Source of the DNA: Elusimicrobiota bacterium
GTDB taxonomy: Bacteria; Elusimicrobiota; Elusimicrobia; UBA1565; UBA9628
Direction: 5' to 3'
Assembly (NCBI GenBank): GCA_013044195.1
Contig: JABEUV010000114.1
Span: 1 to 62,764 of the forward strand
DNA: 62,764 nt
A program made the position numbers and the translations under genes. Within the stretch, counting starts at the first letter, position 1; the number at the start of each line of letters is the position of its first letter. Of this stretch, positions 1 through 9,158 are shown one piece after another. The notes under the pieces are model-generated. The model was not told where the DNA came from, did no database searches, and was given only the letters and a program-made list of their open reading frames with translations.

Positions 1-5
1 ACAAG

Positions 6-90
6 GGTGGCCGCTTTGTCCGGAACGGTGGCCGCTTTGCTCCGGAACGGTGGCCGCTTTGCTCCGGAATGGTGGCCGCTTTGGTCCGGC
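6..90. repeat. Tandem direct repeat, about four 21-22 nt units (GGTGGCCGCTTTG[C]TCCGGAAC), touching the window edge
   Basis: Read directly: units start at 6, 27, 49 and 71. Units 2 and 3 differ by one base; unit 1 lacks one base; unit 4 is diverged and partial. More copies may lie upstream of the window. Confidence 0.85.
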
Positions 91-188
91 GCACGCACTG
101 ATGATGTTCGTCGCCGTCGTCGTCATCGGGAAGCCGTCATAGCCGACGCGCGCGTCCGCGCCGGGTTGGCGCGAAGACCGGAGGGCGT

Positions 189-407
189 ATGAACCGAAAC
201 TTGATGTCGAGGATGATTAAGCTCGCGTCGGAAACCGGCTTCGAGACGCTGCCCCTGATCAAGCAAGATAGACTGTTCGACCTGGTCGCGCGGTTTGAGC
301 CGCGCGCCATGCAGCTCCTCAGGGAGTCTCCCCGGCTCTCTCTTGAAGAGCGCGTGGCGCGCTGGGCCGAGATACTGCCGCCTCGCGTCAATCCCTCGCT
401 TCAATAA
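189..407 (+). CDS. Hypothetical small protein (72 aa)
   Basis: ORF with non-repetitive translation and G/C-rich third positions, followed by an AT-rich hairpin. No family recognised. Confidence 0.3.
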   Translation: MNRNLMSRMIKLASETGFETLPLIKQDRLFDLVARFEPRAMQLLRESPRLSLEERVARWAEILPPRVNPSLQ

Positions 408-441
408 GGGTGGGCCGCCGCTGGCTTCTACAAATGCGAGT

Positions 442-485
442 ATCAAATAAATGCCTATATAATCGAATATAGGCATTTATTTGAT
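442..485. repeat. Perfect 19-bp AT-rich inverted repeat with 6-nt loop (ATCAAATAAATGCCTATAT / aatcga / ATATAGGCATTTATTTGAT)
   Basis: Arms 442-460 and 467-485 are exact reverse complements. It lies in an AT-rich gap of otherwise GC-rich DNA. It could be a bidirectional terminator or a protein-binding palindrome. Confidence 0.85.
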
Positions 486-669
486 CCGGGATACTTGCTG
501 GTCCTGGTCGATTAATTGCAAATACCCCTCTGGAATCGTTGCAAATCACCCGTTGTCGAGCTATTATCTTAGTACCCATGGCCTACCGCAAGCGCGTCGT
601 CGGGGCCCTGCGTCGTCCGGACTGAGCGTCGTCTATTAATATCAACGCGTTGTTTGTATACTTACACTA

Positions 670-2046
670 ATGAAACGTGTAGTAGAACAGAGGCTCGATT
701 CCTGGCTGGCCAGCCCTGCTCGTCAACCTCTTGTCCTGCGCGGAGCCCGGCAAGTGGGGAAGACCTGGTTGGTTCGCGATCTCGCAACTCGCGCCCGGCG
801 CCGGTTGGTCGAGGTCAATTTCGAGCGCGACCCGTCGCTGAAGCGCCACTTCAGCAGCAACGATCCCCGCCGGATTCTCGGGGAGCTGTCGCTTGCCCTT
901 TCAGTCGATATCGATCCTGCCGCCAGTCTTCTCTTCTTGGATGAGATTCAAGCCGCCGGAGAAGTTCTCGCCAAGCTACGCTGGTTCTATGAAGAGCTGC
1001 CGCAACTGCCGGTGGCGGCTGCGGGCTCGCTCCTCGAGTTCTCCCTTGCCGATCACGCCTTCAGCATGCCGGTCGGGCGCATCGCCTTCCAGCATGTCGA
1101 GCCGATGGGATTTTCCGAATACCTCCAGGCGCACGGTCAAGAGCGGCTGCTCTCGACCATCCGGGACTGGCGTCCCGGCCGGGAGTTCTCCGCCGCCGCG
1201 CACGAGCAAGCGGCGCGCTGGTTCTCGCGGTATGCCATGGTGGGCGGCATGCCGGCGGTCGTCGCGGCCGACGTGGCCGGGCGCGAGCCCCGCGAAGTGC
1301 GCGAGCTGCAGAAGGAACTTCTCGCCGCCTATCGCGCCGATTTCGCCAAGTATGCCGGCCGGATGGACCGCGATATCCTTAATGCGGTCCTGAACTCCGT
1401 CGCCGCGTCGTTGGGACGCAAGTTCGTCTGCGCTCATGTCGGCGAGGGTGTCAAGCAGCACCAGGCCAAGCGCGCGCTCGACTTGCTGACCATGGCTGGT
1501 CTCGTGCGCCAGGTCCGCTATACGGCGGCCAACGGATTGCCGCTCGGCGCCGAAGTGAAGGATTCTTTTCGAAAGGCGGTGGCGGCGGACGTCGGCATCG
1601 TTCATGCGCTCCTGGGCACCCCGGCGGCGCAGGCCTTTCCGTCATGGGAGTCGTTGGCTCCCTCCCTGCGCGGTCAACTGGTGGACCAACTGGCCGCTCA
1701 GCAGCTGCGGCTGACCGATTCCGGCGCCGGCGACGGTCCCGAGCTGTATTACTGGCAGCGCGAGGGGGGGCGACCCGGCGAGATCGATTACATCACACAG
1801 GTTCACGGGCGCATTATCCCGATTGAACTCAAGGCCGGAGCCGCTGGTTCCATGAAAAGTCTGCATCAGTTTATGTACGAACGGAAGTTGGGCCTGGCTG
1901 TGCGCGCGGACGAGAACCCGCCCTCGGCGATGAATCTGGATTTGAAGACCACGCAGGGTCATGCCGTGCGATACCGGCTCGTCTGCGTCCCGGTCTACCT
2001 GCTCTGGAATCTGCCGGACATTCTTTCCTGCGAGGTCGCGAAGTAG
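670..2046 (+). CDS. AAA+ ATPase of the DUF4143-containing type
   Basis: 458-aa ORF with Walker A-like GARQVGKT near the N-terminus. The layout resembles AAA_14 plus a DUF4143 C-terminal region. ATG is at 670 after an AT-rich gap. Confidence 0.8.
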   Translation: MKRVVEQRLDSWLASPARQPLVLRGARQVGKTWLVRDLATRARRRLVEVNFERDPSLKRHFSSNDPRRILGELSLALSVDIDPAASLLFLDEIQAAGEVLAKLRWFYEELPQLPVAAAGSLLEFSLADHAFSMPVGRIAFQHVEPMGFSEYLQAHGQERLLSTIRDWRPGREFSAAAHEQAARWFSRYAMVGGMPAVVAADVAGREPREVRELQKELLAAYRADFAKYAGRMDRDILNAVLNSVAASLGRKFVCAHVGEGVKQHQAKRALDLLTMAGLVRQVRYTAANGLPLGAEVKDSFRKAVAADVGIVHALLGTPAAQAFPSWESLAPSLRGQLVDQLAAQQLRLTDSGAGDGPELYYWQREGGRPGEIDYITQVHGRIIPIELKAGAAGSMKSLHQFMYERKLGLAVRADENPPSAMNLDLKTTQGHAVRYRLVCVPVYLLWNLPDILSCEVAK

Positions 2047-2166
2047 GCGTTTCGACCCGGATTCCTCACGCAGTGCGTGGGTAATTGCCAGCCAAATCGG
2101 TAGCGCGTTTCGATGGCATGAAAAACCCGCTGGCCGGTTACCTAACGATGGCCCCTGCTTCCAATT

Positions 2167-2239
2167 CTGTTTGGTAACGGCGGCACCTTGCGGAAAGTTA
2201 CCAAACAGTTTATACTGATAACGATAATTGTTTGGTAAC
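2167..2239 (+). promoter_or_regulatory. Operator-like triple motif TGTTTGGTAAC (two direct copies, one inverted) overlapping -10-like TATACT/GATAAT
   Basis: CTGTTTGGTAAC at 2167-2178, its exact reverse complement at 2197-2208, and TGTTTGGTAAC at 2229-2239 directly abutting the ATG at 2241. Confidence 0.6.
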
Positions 2240-2240
2240 C

Positions 2241-2573
2241 ATGGCGACCATGAATCCGGTCCGCGGCGTCCTTTCCGAGGAGTTGGAGAACTCCGAGCGT
2301 CTGCTGAAGAGATATCGGCAGGCGATCGCGGTGCTTCCCAAGGGCAGCCTGGTCCCGAAGAAGATCAAGGGCGGGCTGTTCTACTACTTGGCCCACCGCG
2401 AGGGGGATAAGGTCCGCTTCGACTACAAGGGCAAGCTTTCGGCCGGGGAAGTGGCGGACTTCAAGGAGGCGGCGAATCAGAAAGCCCGGTATCGCGGGCT
2501 TATCGCGGATCTCAAGAAGCAGATCGTCTTCCTCAAGCGGGCGCTTCATGAAAGAAAAAGACGCTCCCGTTGA
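2241..2573 (+). CDS. Small protein, putative partner (antitoxin-like) of the downstream nucleotidyltransferase-fold protein
   Basis: Track ORF is 2232-2573; the likely ATG is at 2241 or 2250. The 3' end overlaps the next ORF by 26 nt. Operator-like repeats lie upstream. No family recognised. Confidence 0.5.
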   Translation: MATMNPVRGVLSEELENSERLLKRYRQAIAVLPKGSLVPKKIKGGLFYYLAHREGDKVRFDYKGKLSAGEVADFKEAANQKARYRGLIADLKKQIVFLKRALHERKRRSR

Positions 2574-3228
2574 ACTTGTCGTCGAGGTGCTTCGCCGCCT
2601 GGACAAGGCGGGCGTCCTGCAGGACATGATCCTCATCGGGAGCTGGTGCGTCCACTTCTACAAGGATCATTTCGACGGAGCCGCCTTGTCCGCGATCCGC
2701 ACGCGCGACATGGACTTCCTGATCCCGACGCCGCCCAAGATCAAGGGGGAGACACACATCCTGGACCTCTTGAAAGGCCTGGACTTCGTCCCCGATTTCC
2801 ACGGCGACGGCTCCGTCAGCCTCGGCCATCCCGAACTCATCATCGATTTCCTGGTGGCGGAGCGCGGGCGCGGCTCCGACAAGCCGTATCTCGTGAAGGC
2901 CCTCGGCATCAAGGCGCAGCCGCTGCGATACTTGAGCCTGCTGTCGGACGACACGATCAAGGTCCGCAGCCGCGGTCTTGAGCTGGTCCTCCCGCATCCG
3001 ATCAACTACGCTTTTCAAAAGCTCATCATCAGCGGGCGCCGCGCCTACGAAGCAAAGGCCGTGAAGGATCGCCTTCAGGCGGTCGAAGTTCTGCGGGAGG
3101 TCGTCTCGCGCGGCGGAAAGGAGAAGGCTCGGTCCAAATTCCTGAAGCTGCCGGCGGGCTGGCGCAAGGCGGTTCTGACCGGGCTCAAGGCCGCGCAGGC
3201 CGATGACTTGACCGATTTGCTCTCCTGA
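2548..3228 (+). CDS. Nucleotidyltransferase-fold protein (AbiEii / GSU2403-like type)
   Basis: 226 aa with LIGSW...RTRDMDFLI, which fits a G[SG]...DxD nucleotidyltransferase signature. Overlap-coupled to the upstream small ORF. Confidence 0.6.
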   Translation: MKEKDAPVELVVEVLRRLDKAGVLQDMILIGSWCVHFYKDHFDGAALSAIRTRDMDFLIPTPPKIKGETHILDLLKGLDFVPDFHGDGSVSLGHPELIIDFLVAERGRGSDKPYLVKALGIKAQPLRYLSLLSDDTIKVRSRGLELVLPHPINYAFQKLIISGRRAYEAKAVKDRLQAVEVLREVVSRGGKEKARSKFLKLPAGWRKAVLTGLKAAQADDLTDLLS

Positions 3229-3400
3229 TCCGGGTTAAAATTTATGCCAGATTTATGCCAGTTTGCCCCGAAAACGGGTGTATGTCCATGTAGGTCCTTG
3301 CACCCCCTTTCAAAGCGATTTCTCGACGAGAAACGGTGAAAAAAGGCGGGTCCCGACGAAGGACCGAAAACAGGCCAAATAGCCCTGCGAAGGCAGATAT

Positions 3401-3425
3401 CCAGGTTCGATTCCCGGCGAGCGCA
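3401..3425 (+). other. tRNA 3'-end-like fragment (T-arm CCAGG-TTCGATT-CCCGG plus acceptor-like CGAGCGC-A)
   Basis: Contains GGTTCGATTCC, a near-consensus T-loop. No complementary 5' acceptor strand, D arm or valid anticodon loop lies upstream, so it is not an intact tRNA. Confidence 0.35.
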
Positions 3426-3446
3426 AAAGACGGCTCGGGTTTTTTA
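3413..3446 (+). terminator. Intrinsic-terminator-like hairpin followed by TTTTTTA
   Basis: CCCGGCGAGC ... GCTCGGG stem with a bulge, then a T-run at 3440-3445. It lies about 190 nt downstream of the nearest plus-strand stop (3228). Confidence 0.45.
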
Positions 3447-3507
3447 TTGGCGCCGGGAGCGCTCAGCGCGAGGGTCGCGCTTCCAAAGCGGCGCGACCGG
3501 CCGCGTT

Positions 3508-6228
3508 CTAGAAACTTTCGTATTGCGGCTTCCAGAGCCGCGAGAAGCCGATGGAGACGCCGGTCATCAGGCTGTAGCCCCAGGTCGGTTGGATCTTGAG
3601 CTGGAACCAGGAGAAGTCGACGAAGGGGGCGACGGACAGGTATTTGCGTATCGGGATCGAGAGCTTGGCGTTGACGTCGCCTTCGATGCGCAGGTCGCTG
3701 CTGTTGTCCGTGCGCGTCAGGACGTAGTAGTTGTTCCAGAACTCGGCGTCCAGATGGGCGCCGCGCGAGCCCAGCGGCGTGGAGAGCACGGCGCGCGCGT
3801 GGGCGCCCAACTGCGTGTTCGGCGGGATGCGCGACATGTCGCGTTTGGCCACGCCCGACAGCTCGATGGTCTTGAACACCGAGCCGTCGTAGAATTCCAA
3901 GCCGGGAAAAACCTTGGCCACGTTTGCCAGCGGCAGGCCCGGCAGGGGCTGGAACTGGGTGTCGTACTCGGCGCCGATGGAGGGACCCCAGGACTGCGCA
4001 AGCCAATGCACTGGCGTCGTGCCGACCTTCTCCGTGCCTAAAGTCAGCAGCATGATGCGGTCGTCGGTCACGTTCGTCGCGGCGGGCTGACCGTTGGGTG
4101 CCACGCGGTCGCGCGAGTAGGCCATCTCCACCGTGTTGGTCCACTTGTAGTCGTCGCGCAGGTAGTCCACGTCGGTCTTCAGGTCGCCGCCGACGTAGAG
4201 CTCGTCGCCGCCCTGGACGCGGCTGTTGATCACGTTGGCGAAATCGGAGCGGGCGTAGGTCTTCGTGTCGCGGATGTTGAGGCTGATGTCGCGGAAGTTG
4301 ACGCGCCACAGGCCGGGCTGTTCCAGCGAGCTTCCGCTCATCCAGTCCCGCCACGTGGACGTGGAGGCGCCGACGCGCGTGCGCAGTTCATCGAGAGCCA
4401 GACCCGCGACCGTCGGCGTGCCGGCGATCGCCTCGTAGGGCTGGGGCAGGCCCAACGCGTCGGCCGCCGCGCGCGAGGTCGCGACCAGATAGGAGTCCGT
4501 CGGATCCAGAGGGGCGCCGCGCACGCGGCCCTTGGCGTCCAGGCCGGAGACGACGAAGCGCGGGCGGCCGGTCGGCGGCAGATCGCCGGCTTCGCGGCGA
4601 CGTTGCTCGAGAGACTCCGCTTGGAGCTTTTTGAGCAGGGTGCCGGGGACTCGCGCGCGCACGGCGTAGCCGCCGCCGGCCAGCCACGCGCGCACCAGGC
4701 TCTCGGGCACGGGGCCGACCGTCTGCACCGGCAGGGGCGCGTCCAGGAGCAGGCCCGCCTCCGAGTCGGAGCGCTGGGCGAGCAAGGCCGCCGTCAGCGT
4801 CCAGAAATCGCGGTCGGCGTAGGACGGTTGTCCGCCGCGCTCGGCCGGCGGGAACACCGCGCGCGCCGCGGGCAGGACGGCGGGCTCGGTCGAGCGGCCG
4901 GCGGCGAAGGTCTCCAGCGCCGGCTCCGGATAGCCCGGCAGAGGGCTGATCGCGTCGTCAAGCAGGATCGCGCTTTGGGTTACGGTCCAGTCGGCCAGGT
5001 CGTCGTCGGCCCGGCGGTCGATCTCGACGACGTTGAGCGCGGGCGCGTACGCGCGCACCGGCGGCAGAGGGTTGGCGAAGGCGGGCCGGTCGTCTTGACG
5101 GATCGTCGTCGCCGGCGGGGGGGACGTGATCAAAAACGGCGCCTCGTCGGCGATCAGCAGGTCCAGGCCGCGCACTGAGCCGGCCAGCCGCGCTTCGTCG
5201 GAGGCGCCCAGGTCGCCCAGGGCGATCACTACGTCGGCCTCGCGGCGTAGGCGCGGGATCAGGGATTCCAGCGTCGAGACCGGATCGGCGACGGTCAATC
5301 CGGAGATGCCGACTTGGGAGAGGAGTTTGCCGGCCCAGGCCGGCGTCAGGCCCACCAGCGCCACGCGCGTGCCCGAGGCCTCGAACACCGCGTATGGCGG
5401 CAGGGCGGTCGCCGCGGACGTCGACGCGATTGTCGCGCTTGATGCCCCCACGGCCGCCGCGGCCGCGGCCGTCGAGTAGAAGATATTCGCCGACAGGAAC
5501 GCTACGCCGTCGGGGCGCTCTCGCCGGTAGTCGGCCAGGTCTTTCCAGTGCTCCAGCTCGGAGCCCGACACCGCCGTGTATTTCAGTCCCGCTTTCTCCA
5601 GGGCGCCCAGCTCCGCGCGTCCCGACGCGTCGGACGCGGGCGAGCCGAACGTTCCGCCGCGTGCCACGCCCACCAGCGGTCCGTTTTCCGCTTCGCGCTC
5701 CTCCGCCGCGGCCAGTCGGCCCAGGCCGCCGTAGGTGCGGCTCAGCACGAAGACGTCCTCCAAGGCGCCTTTCCAGCGCAGCCGATAATGCGCGGCCAGC
5801 GCCGTGCGCCAGCGTCCCGACGCGGGCTGGTCCAGCAGGGCGCGCACGGTCAGCAGCGTTCCGCCGCCGTCCAGGCGCGCGGTCGCGGCTTGGGCGTCGT
5901 GCGGCGAGAGGCTGGCCGAGTACGGCCGCCGGTACGTCGCCGGGTCGGCGGCGGCGGCCGTGATCGCGTCGGCCAGGTCCTGATTGGCGGGATAGACGAA
6001 GGCCACCTCGGACTCGGATTCCAGCGCGAGCGCTGCGCCGGCGCCCTCCGGCGCTGCGGAGCCGGCGGGCAGGACGAACTGATGGTCGCGTCCGGCGAAG
6101 GAGCAGGACACCTCGGAGACGGACTCCAGCGCCGCGTACGTGCCGGCCGCGCGCAGCGCGCGCTCCAGCGGACGCTCCAGGCGCTGGGTCAGGCGCGTGG
6201 GCTCGTCTTCGATCAGCGCCAGGCGCAC
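3508..6228 (-). CDS. Large exported protein with degenerate 5'-nucleotidase/metallophosphoesterase-like central region and C-terminal outer-membrane beta-barrel-like tail
   Basis: 906-aa ORF. The C-terminus ...GFSRLWKPQYESF ends in F with alternating hydrophobic strands. The central region has a UshA-like layout without the GNHE motif. A signal-peptide-like segment lies upstream of the first canonical start. Confidence 0.75.
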   Translation of the reverse strand: MRLALIEDEPTRLTQRLERPLERALRAAGTYAALESVSEVSCSFAGRDHQFVLPAGSAAPEGAGAALALESESEVAFVYPANQDLADAITAAAADPATYRRPYSASLSPHDAQAATARLDGGGTLLTVRALLDQPASGRWRTALAAHYRLRWKGALEDVFVLSRTYGGLGRLAAAEEREAENGPLVGVARGGTFGSPASDASGRAELGALEKAGLKYTAVSGSELEHWKDLADYRRERPDGVAFLSANIFYSTAAAAAAVGASSATIASTSAATALPPYAVFEASGTRVALVGLTPAWAGKLLSQVGISGLTVADPVSTLESLIPRLRREADVVIALGDLGASDEARLAGSVRGLDLLIADEAPFLITSPPPATTIRQDDRPAFANPLPPVRAYAPALNVVEIDRRADDDLADWTVTQSAILLDDAISPLPGYPEPALETFAAGRSTEPAVLPAARAVFPPAERGGQPSYADRDFWTLTAALLAQRSDSEAGLLLDAPLPVQTVGPVPESLVRAWLAGGGYAVRARVPGTLLKKLQAESLEQRRREAGDLPPTGRPRFVVSGLDAKGRVRGAPLDPTDSYLVATSRAAADALGLPQPYEAIAGTPTVAGLALDELRTRVGASTSTWRDWMSGSSLEQPGLWRVNFRDISLNIRDTKTYARSDFANVINSRVQGGDELYVGGDLKTDVDYLRDDYKWTNTVEMAYSRDRVAPNGQPAATNVTDDRIMLLTLGTEKVGTTPVHWLAQSWGPSIGAEYDTQFQPLPGLPLANVAKVFPGLEFYDGSVFKTIELSGVAKRDMSRIPPNTQLGAHARAVLSTPLGSRGAHLDAEFWNNYYVLTRTDNSSDLRIEGDVNAKLSIPIRKYLSVAPFVDFSWFQLKIQPTWGYSLMTGVSIGFSRLWKPQYESF

Positions 6229-6311
6229 GGGCGCGGCCGGGGCCGCGCGCGCGGCCAGAGCCGCGGCGAGGATCAGCAGACCGCGGCGCGCTGAACGCGC
6301 GGAGAAAAACT

Positions 6312-8858
6312 TCAGGCCGCGGCGTCCTCTTTCTTGCGCCGCGCCGCGCGAAACGTCAGGCCGCTCTCCCCGGCGTCGACGGCCACCGCGTCGCCGTCCT
6401 TGGCTTCGCCGGTCAGCAGCAGGCGCGCCAAAGGATCGACGACCAGGCGCGCGATGGCGCGCTTGAGCGGGCGCGCGCCGAAGGCGGGATCGTAGCCTTC
6501 GCGCGCGAGCAGGTCCTTGGCCGCGTCGGAGACCTCCAGCGTCACGCGGCGCTCGTTCAGGCGGCGGCGCACCGCGGCCAATTGCACGTCGACGATGCGG
6601 CGCAACTGCGCCCGGTCCAGCGCGGCGAATTCCAGGATCTCGTCGATGCGGTTGAGAAACTCCGGCCGGAAGCGGCTCTTGAGCTCGTCCTTGGGAGCGT
6701 TGGAGGTCATCAGCAGGATGGTGTTGGTGAAGTTGACGGTGCGGCCCTGGCCGTCGGTGAGGCGGCCGTCGTCCATGACCTGCAGTAGGGCGTTGAACAC
6801 GTCCGGGTGCGCCTTCTCGATCTCGTCAAGCAGGATCACGGAGTAAGGGCGGCGGCGCACGGCCTCGGTGAGCTGGCCGCCCTCGTCGTAGCCTACGTAG
6901 CCGGGGGGCGCTCCGATCAGGCGGGCCACGGCGTGCTTTTCCATGTACTCCGACATGTCCAGGCGGATCATGGCCTTGTCGCTGTCGAACAGGAACTCGG
7001 CCAAGGTGCGCGCCAATTCCGTCTTGCCCACGCCGGTGGGGCCGATGAGCAGGAATACGCCGATGGGACGGTTCGGGTCCGACAGCCCGGAGCGCGCGCG
7101 GCGCACGGCCTCGGCCACGGCTTTGACCGCGGCGTCCTGGCCGACGACGCGCTCGTGAAGCTTCTCCTCCATGCGCAGGAGCTTGGCCGACTGCGCTTCT
7201 AATAGTCGTTCGACGGGCACGCCGGTCCAGCGGCTGACCACGCCGGCGATGTCCTCCTCGCCGACTTCCTCCTTCAGCAGTTGGCGCTCCTTCTGTAAAA
7301 CGGCCAGGTCTTTGCGCAGCTTCGCCTGCGCTTTCTCGATCTCGGGAACGCGGCCGAAGCGGATTTCCGCGGCCTTGGCCAGGTCGCCGACGCGCTCGGC
7401 CTTTTTCTCCTCGGCCTTCAACTCCTCGGCCTGCTCCTGAATCTTGCGCAGTTCCGTGATCAGATTTTTTTCCTTCGTCCAATGGCCGCGCAGGTCCGCG
7501 GCCTTTTCCTTCAGGCCCTTGAGCTCCTTCTCCAGTGTTTTCAGCCGTGCGATGCTTCCCGCGTCGCTTTCTTTCTTGAGCGCGGTGGCCTCGATCTCCA
7601 GGCGGCGGATGGCGCGTTCGGACTCGTCGAGCTCCTGGGGCAAAGAGTCGATCTCCATGCGCAGGCGGCTGGCGGCCTCGTCGATCAGGTCGATGGCTTT
7701 GTCCGGCAGTTGGCGGTCGGGGATGTAGCGCGCCGACAGCGTGGCGGCGGCGACCAGCGCCGCGTCGCGGATGCGCACGCCGTGGTGGACCTCGTAGCGC
7801 TCCTTGAGGCCGCGCAGGATCGCCACGGTGTCCTCGATGGACGGCTCGCCCACGTAGACCGGCTGGAAGCGGCGCTCCAGCGCCGCGTCCTTCTCGATGC
7901 CCTTTTTATACTCGTCGAGCGTGGTGGCCCCCACGCAGCGCAGTTCGCCGCGCGCCAGCATGGGCTTAAGCAGATTGGCCGCGTCCATGGCCCCCTCGGC
8001 GGCCCCCGCTCCGACCAGCGTATGAAGCTCGTCGATGAACAGGATCACGCGCCCTTCCTGTGCGGCGACTTCCTTCAGCACGGCCTTCAGGCGTTCCTCG
8101 AATTCACCGCGGAACTTGGCGCCCGCCACCAGCGCGCCCAGGTCCAGAGCGATGACCAGCTTGTCCTTGATTCCCTCCGGCACGTCTCCGGCGACCACGC
8201 GCTGGGCCAGGCCCTCCACGATGGCGGTCTTGCCCACGCCGGGGGCGCCGATTAAAACAGGATTGTTCTTGGTCCGGCGCGCCAAGACTTGGATCACGCG
8301 GCGGATCTCCGCGTCGCGGCCGATCACCGGGTCCAGCTTTCCGCGCCGCGCCGCCGCGGTCAGGTCGCGGCCGTATTTTTCCAGCGCCTGGTAGGACGCC
8401 TCCGGCTCCTGCGTGGTCACGCGCTGGGAGCCGCGCACTTGGGTCAACGCGGCTAAAATCTTGTCCGGCGTCAGGCCGTTCTTCGACAAGATTTTCGCCG
8501 CGCTTTTCCCATGGTCCATCAAGCCCAGGAGAACGTGTTCGACCGAAACAAACTCGTCTTTCATGGCCGCCATCCGTTCCTCGGCCTTGGCCAGAGCCGC
8601 GTCCAGGTCCGGCGACGCGTGCATGCGCCCGCCGGACACCTGCGGTTTCTTGACCAGCGCGCGCTCCGTCTCGTCTGCCAGCGCCTTGACGTCCGCGCCC
8701 GCTTTTTTGAGCACCTCGCCCACGACCCCGCCGTCCTGCGCCAGCAGCGCGCCGAGCAGATGCTCCTCGCCCAGCTCCTGGTGGCCGCGCCGCCGCGCCG
8801 ACTCCTGCGCGTCCGAGAACGCCTGCTGCGTCTTCAAAGTCCAGCGATCGGGATTCAT
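6312..8858 (-). CDS. clpB: ATP-dependent chaperone ClpB
   Basis: 848 aa with a Clp N-domain, two AAA+ modules ([16 protein letters not shown]) and a long coiled-coil middle domain. Full-length match to the ClpB layout. Confidence 0.97.
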   Translation of the reverse strand: MNPDRWTLKTQQAFSDAQESARRRGHQELGEEHLLGALLAQDGGVVGEVLKKAGADVKALADETERALVKKPQVSGGRMHASPDLDAALAKAEERMAAMKDEFVSVEHVLLGLMDHGKSAAKILSKNGLTPDKILAALTQVRGSQRVTTQEPEASYQALEKYGRDLTAAARRGKLDPVIGRDAEIRRVIQVLARRTKNNPVLIGAPGVGKTAIVEGLAQRVVAGDVPEGIKDKLVIALDLGALVAGAKFRGEFEERLKAVLKEVAAQEGRVILFIDELHTLVGAGAAEGAMDAANLLKPMLARGELRCVGATTLDEYKKGIEKDAALERRFQPVYVGEPSIEDTVAILRGLKERYEVHHGVRIRDAALVAAATLSARYIPDRQLPDKAIDLIDEAASRLRMEIDSLPQELDESERAIRRLEIEATALKKESDAGSIARLKTLEKELKGLKEKAADLRGHWTKEKNLITELRKIQEQAEELKAEEKKAERVGDLAKAAEIRFGRVPEIEKAQAKLRKDLAVLQKERQLLKEEVGEEDIAGVVSRWTGVPVERLLEAQSAKLLRMEEKLHERVVGQDAAVKAVAEAVRRARSGLSDPNRPIGVFLLIGPTGVGKTELARTLAEFLFDSDKAMIRLDMSEYMEKHAVARLIGAPPGYVGYDEGGQLTEAVRRRPYSVILLDEIEKAHPDVFNALLQVMDDGRLTDGQGRTVNFTNTILLMTSNAPKDELKSRFRPEFLNRIDEILEFAALDRAQLRRIVDVQLAAVRRRLNERRVTLEVSDAAKDLLAREGYDPAFGARPLKRAIARLVVDPLARLLLTGEAKDGDAVAVDAGESGLTFRAARRKKEDAAA

Positions 8859-8932
8859 AAGGGGCCTCCGTCCGCGCGCCGCGCGGCTTTCATCATATTA
8901 ATGATTGCACGTCCGATTCTTCTTCGGCATGC

Positions 8933-9145
8933 CTAAAATCCAGGGAGTGCTTTGCCGTCGATGCGGAAGATCGCCGTAAGCTCCCCTCCTGCTTCGACGG
9001 TCGCAATATTCTTTCCGGCCAACGTCCCGGGAGTTGAAGGCGCGCCTGCGCAACCTGAGACGGACATTGATGCGAGAAAATATAGAAAGAGCCGTTTCGC
9101 CGCGATAGTCGGATGGAATGACCGCATCGGCTCTGTTCGCGTCAT
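8933..9145 (-). CDS. Small putative lipoprotein
   Basis: 70-aa ORF with a hydrophobic leader and lipobox-like SVSGC. Sits between clpB and the serine hydrolase gene. Confidence 0.45.
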   Translation of the reverse strand: MTRTEPMRSFHPTIAAKRLFLYFLASMSVSGCAGAPSTPGTLAGKNIATVEAGGELTAIFRIDGKALPGF

Positions 9146-9158
9146 AAGGCTTATGCGT

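Noticed and set aside
6-90. Possible CRISPR array.
   Set aside because: The units are contiguous with no spacers and are only 21-22 nt long. No cas genes are present, so this is a plain tandem repeat.
3330-3425. Intact tRNA or tmRNA gene.
   Set aside because: Only the T-arm and the 3' acceptor-like part is present, and with an A-C mismatch in the stem. There is no complementary 5' acceptor strand. The candidate anticodon loop CGACGAA lacks U33. A tmRNA-sized gene would overlap the nucleotidyltransferase CDS.
8859-8932. Heat-shock control element (sigma-32 promoter, CIRCE, HAIR) upstream of clpB.
   Set aside because: There is only a short imperfect palindrome ATCAT-atta-ATGAT in an AT-rich patch. 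I found no match to the CTTGAAA/CCCCAT, CIRCE or HAIR consensus that I could defend.
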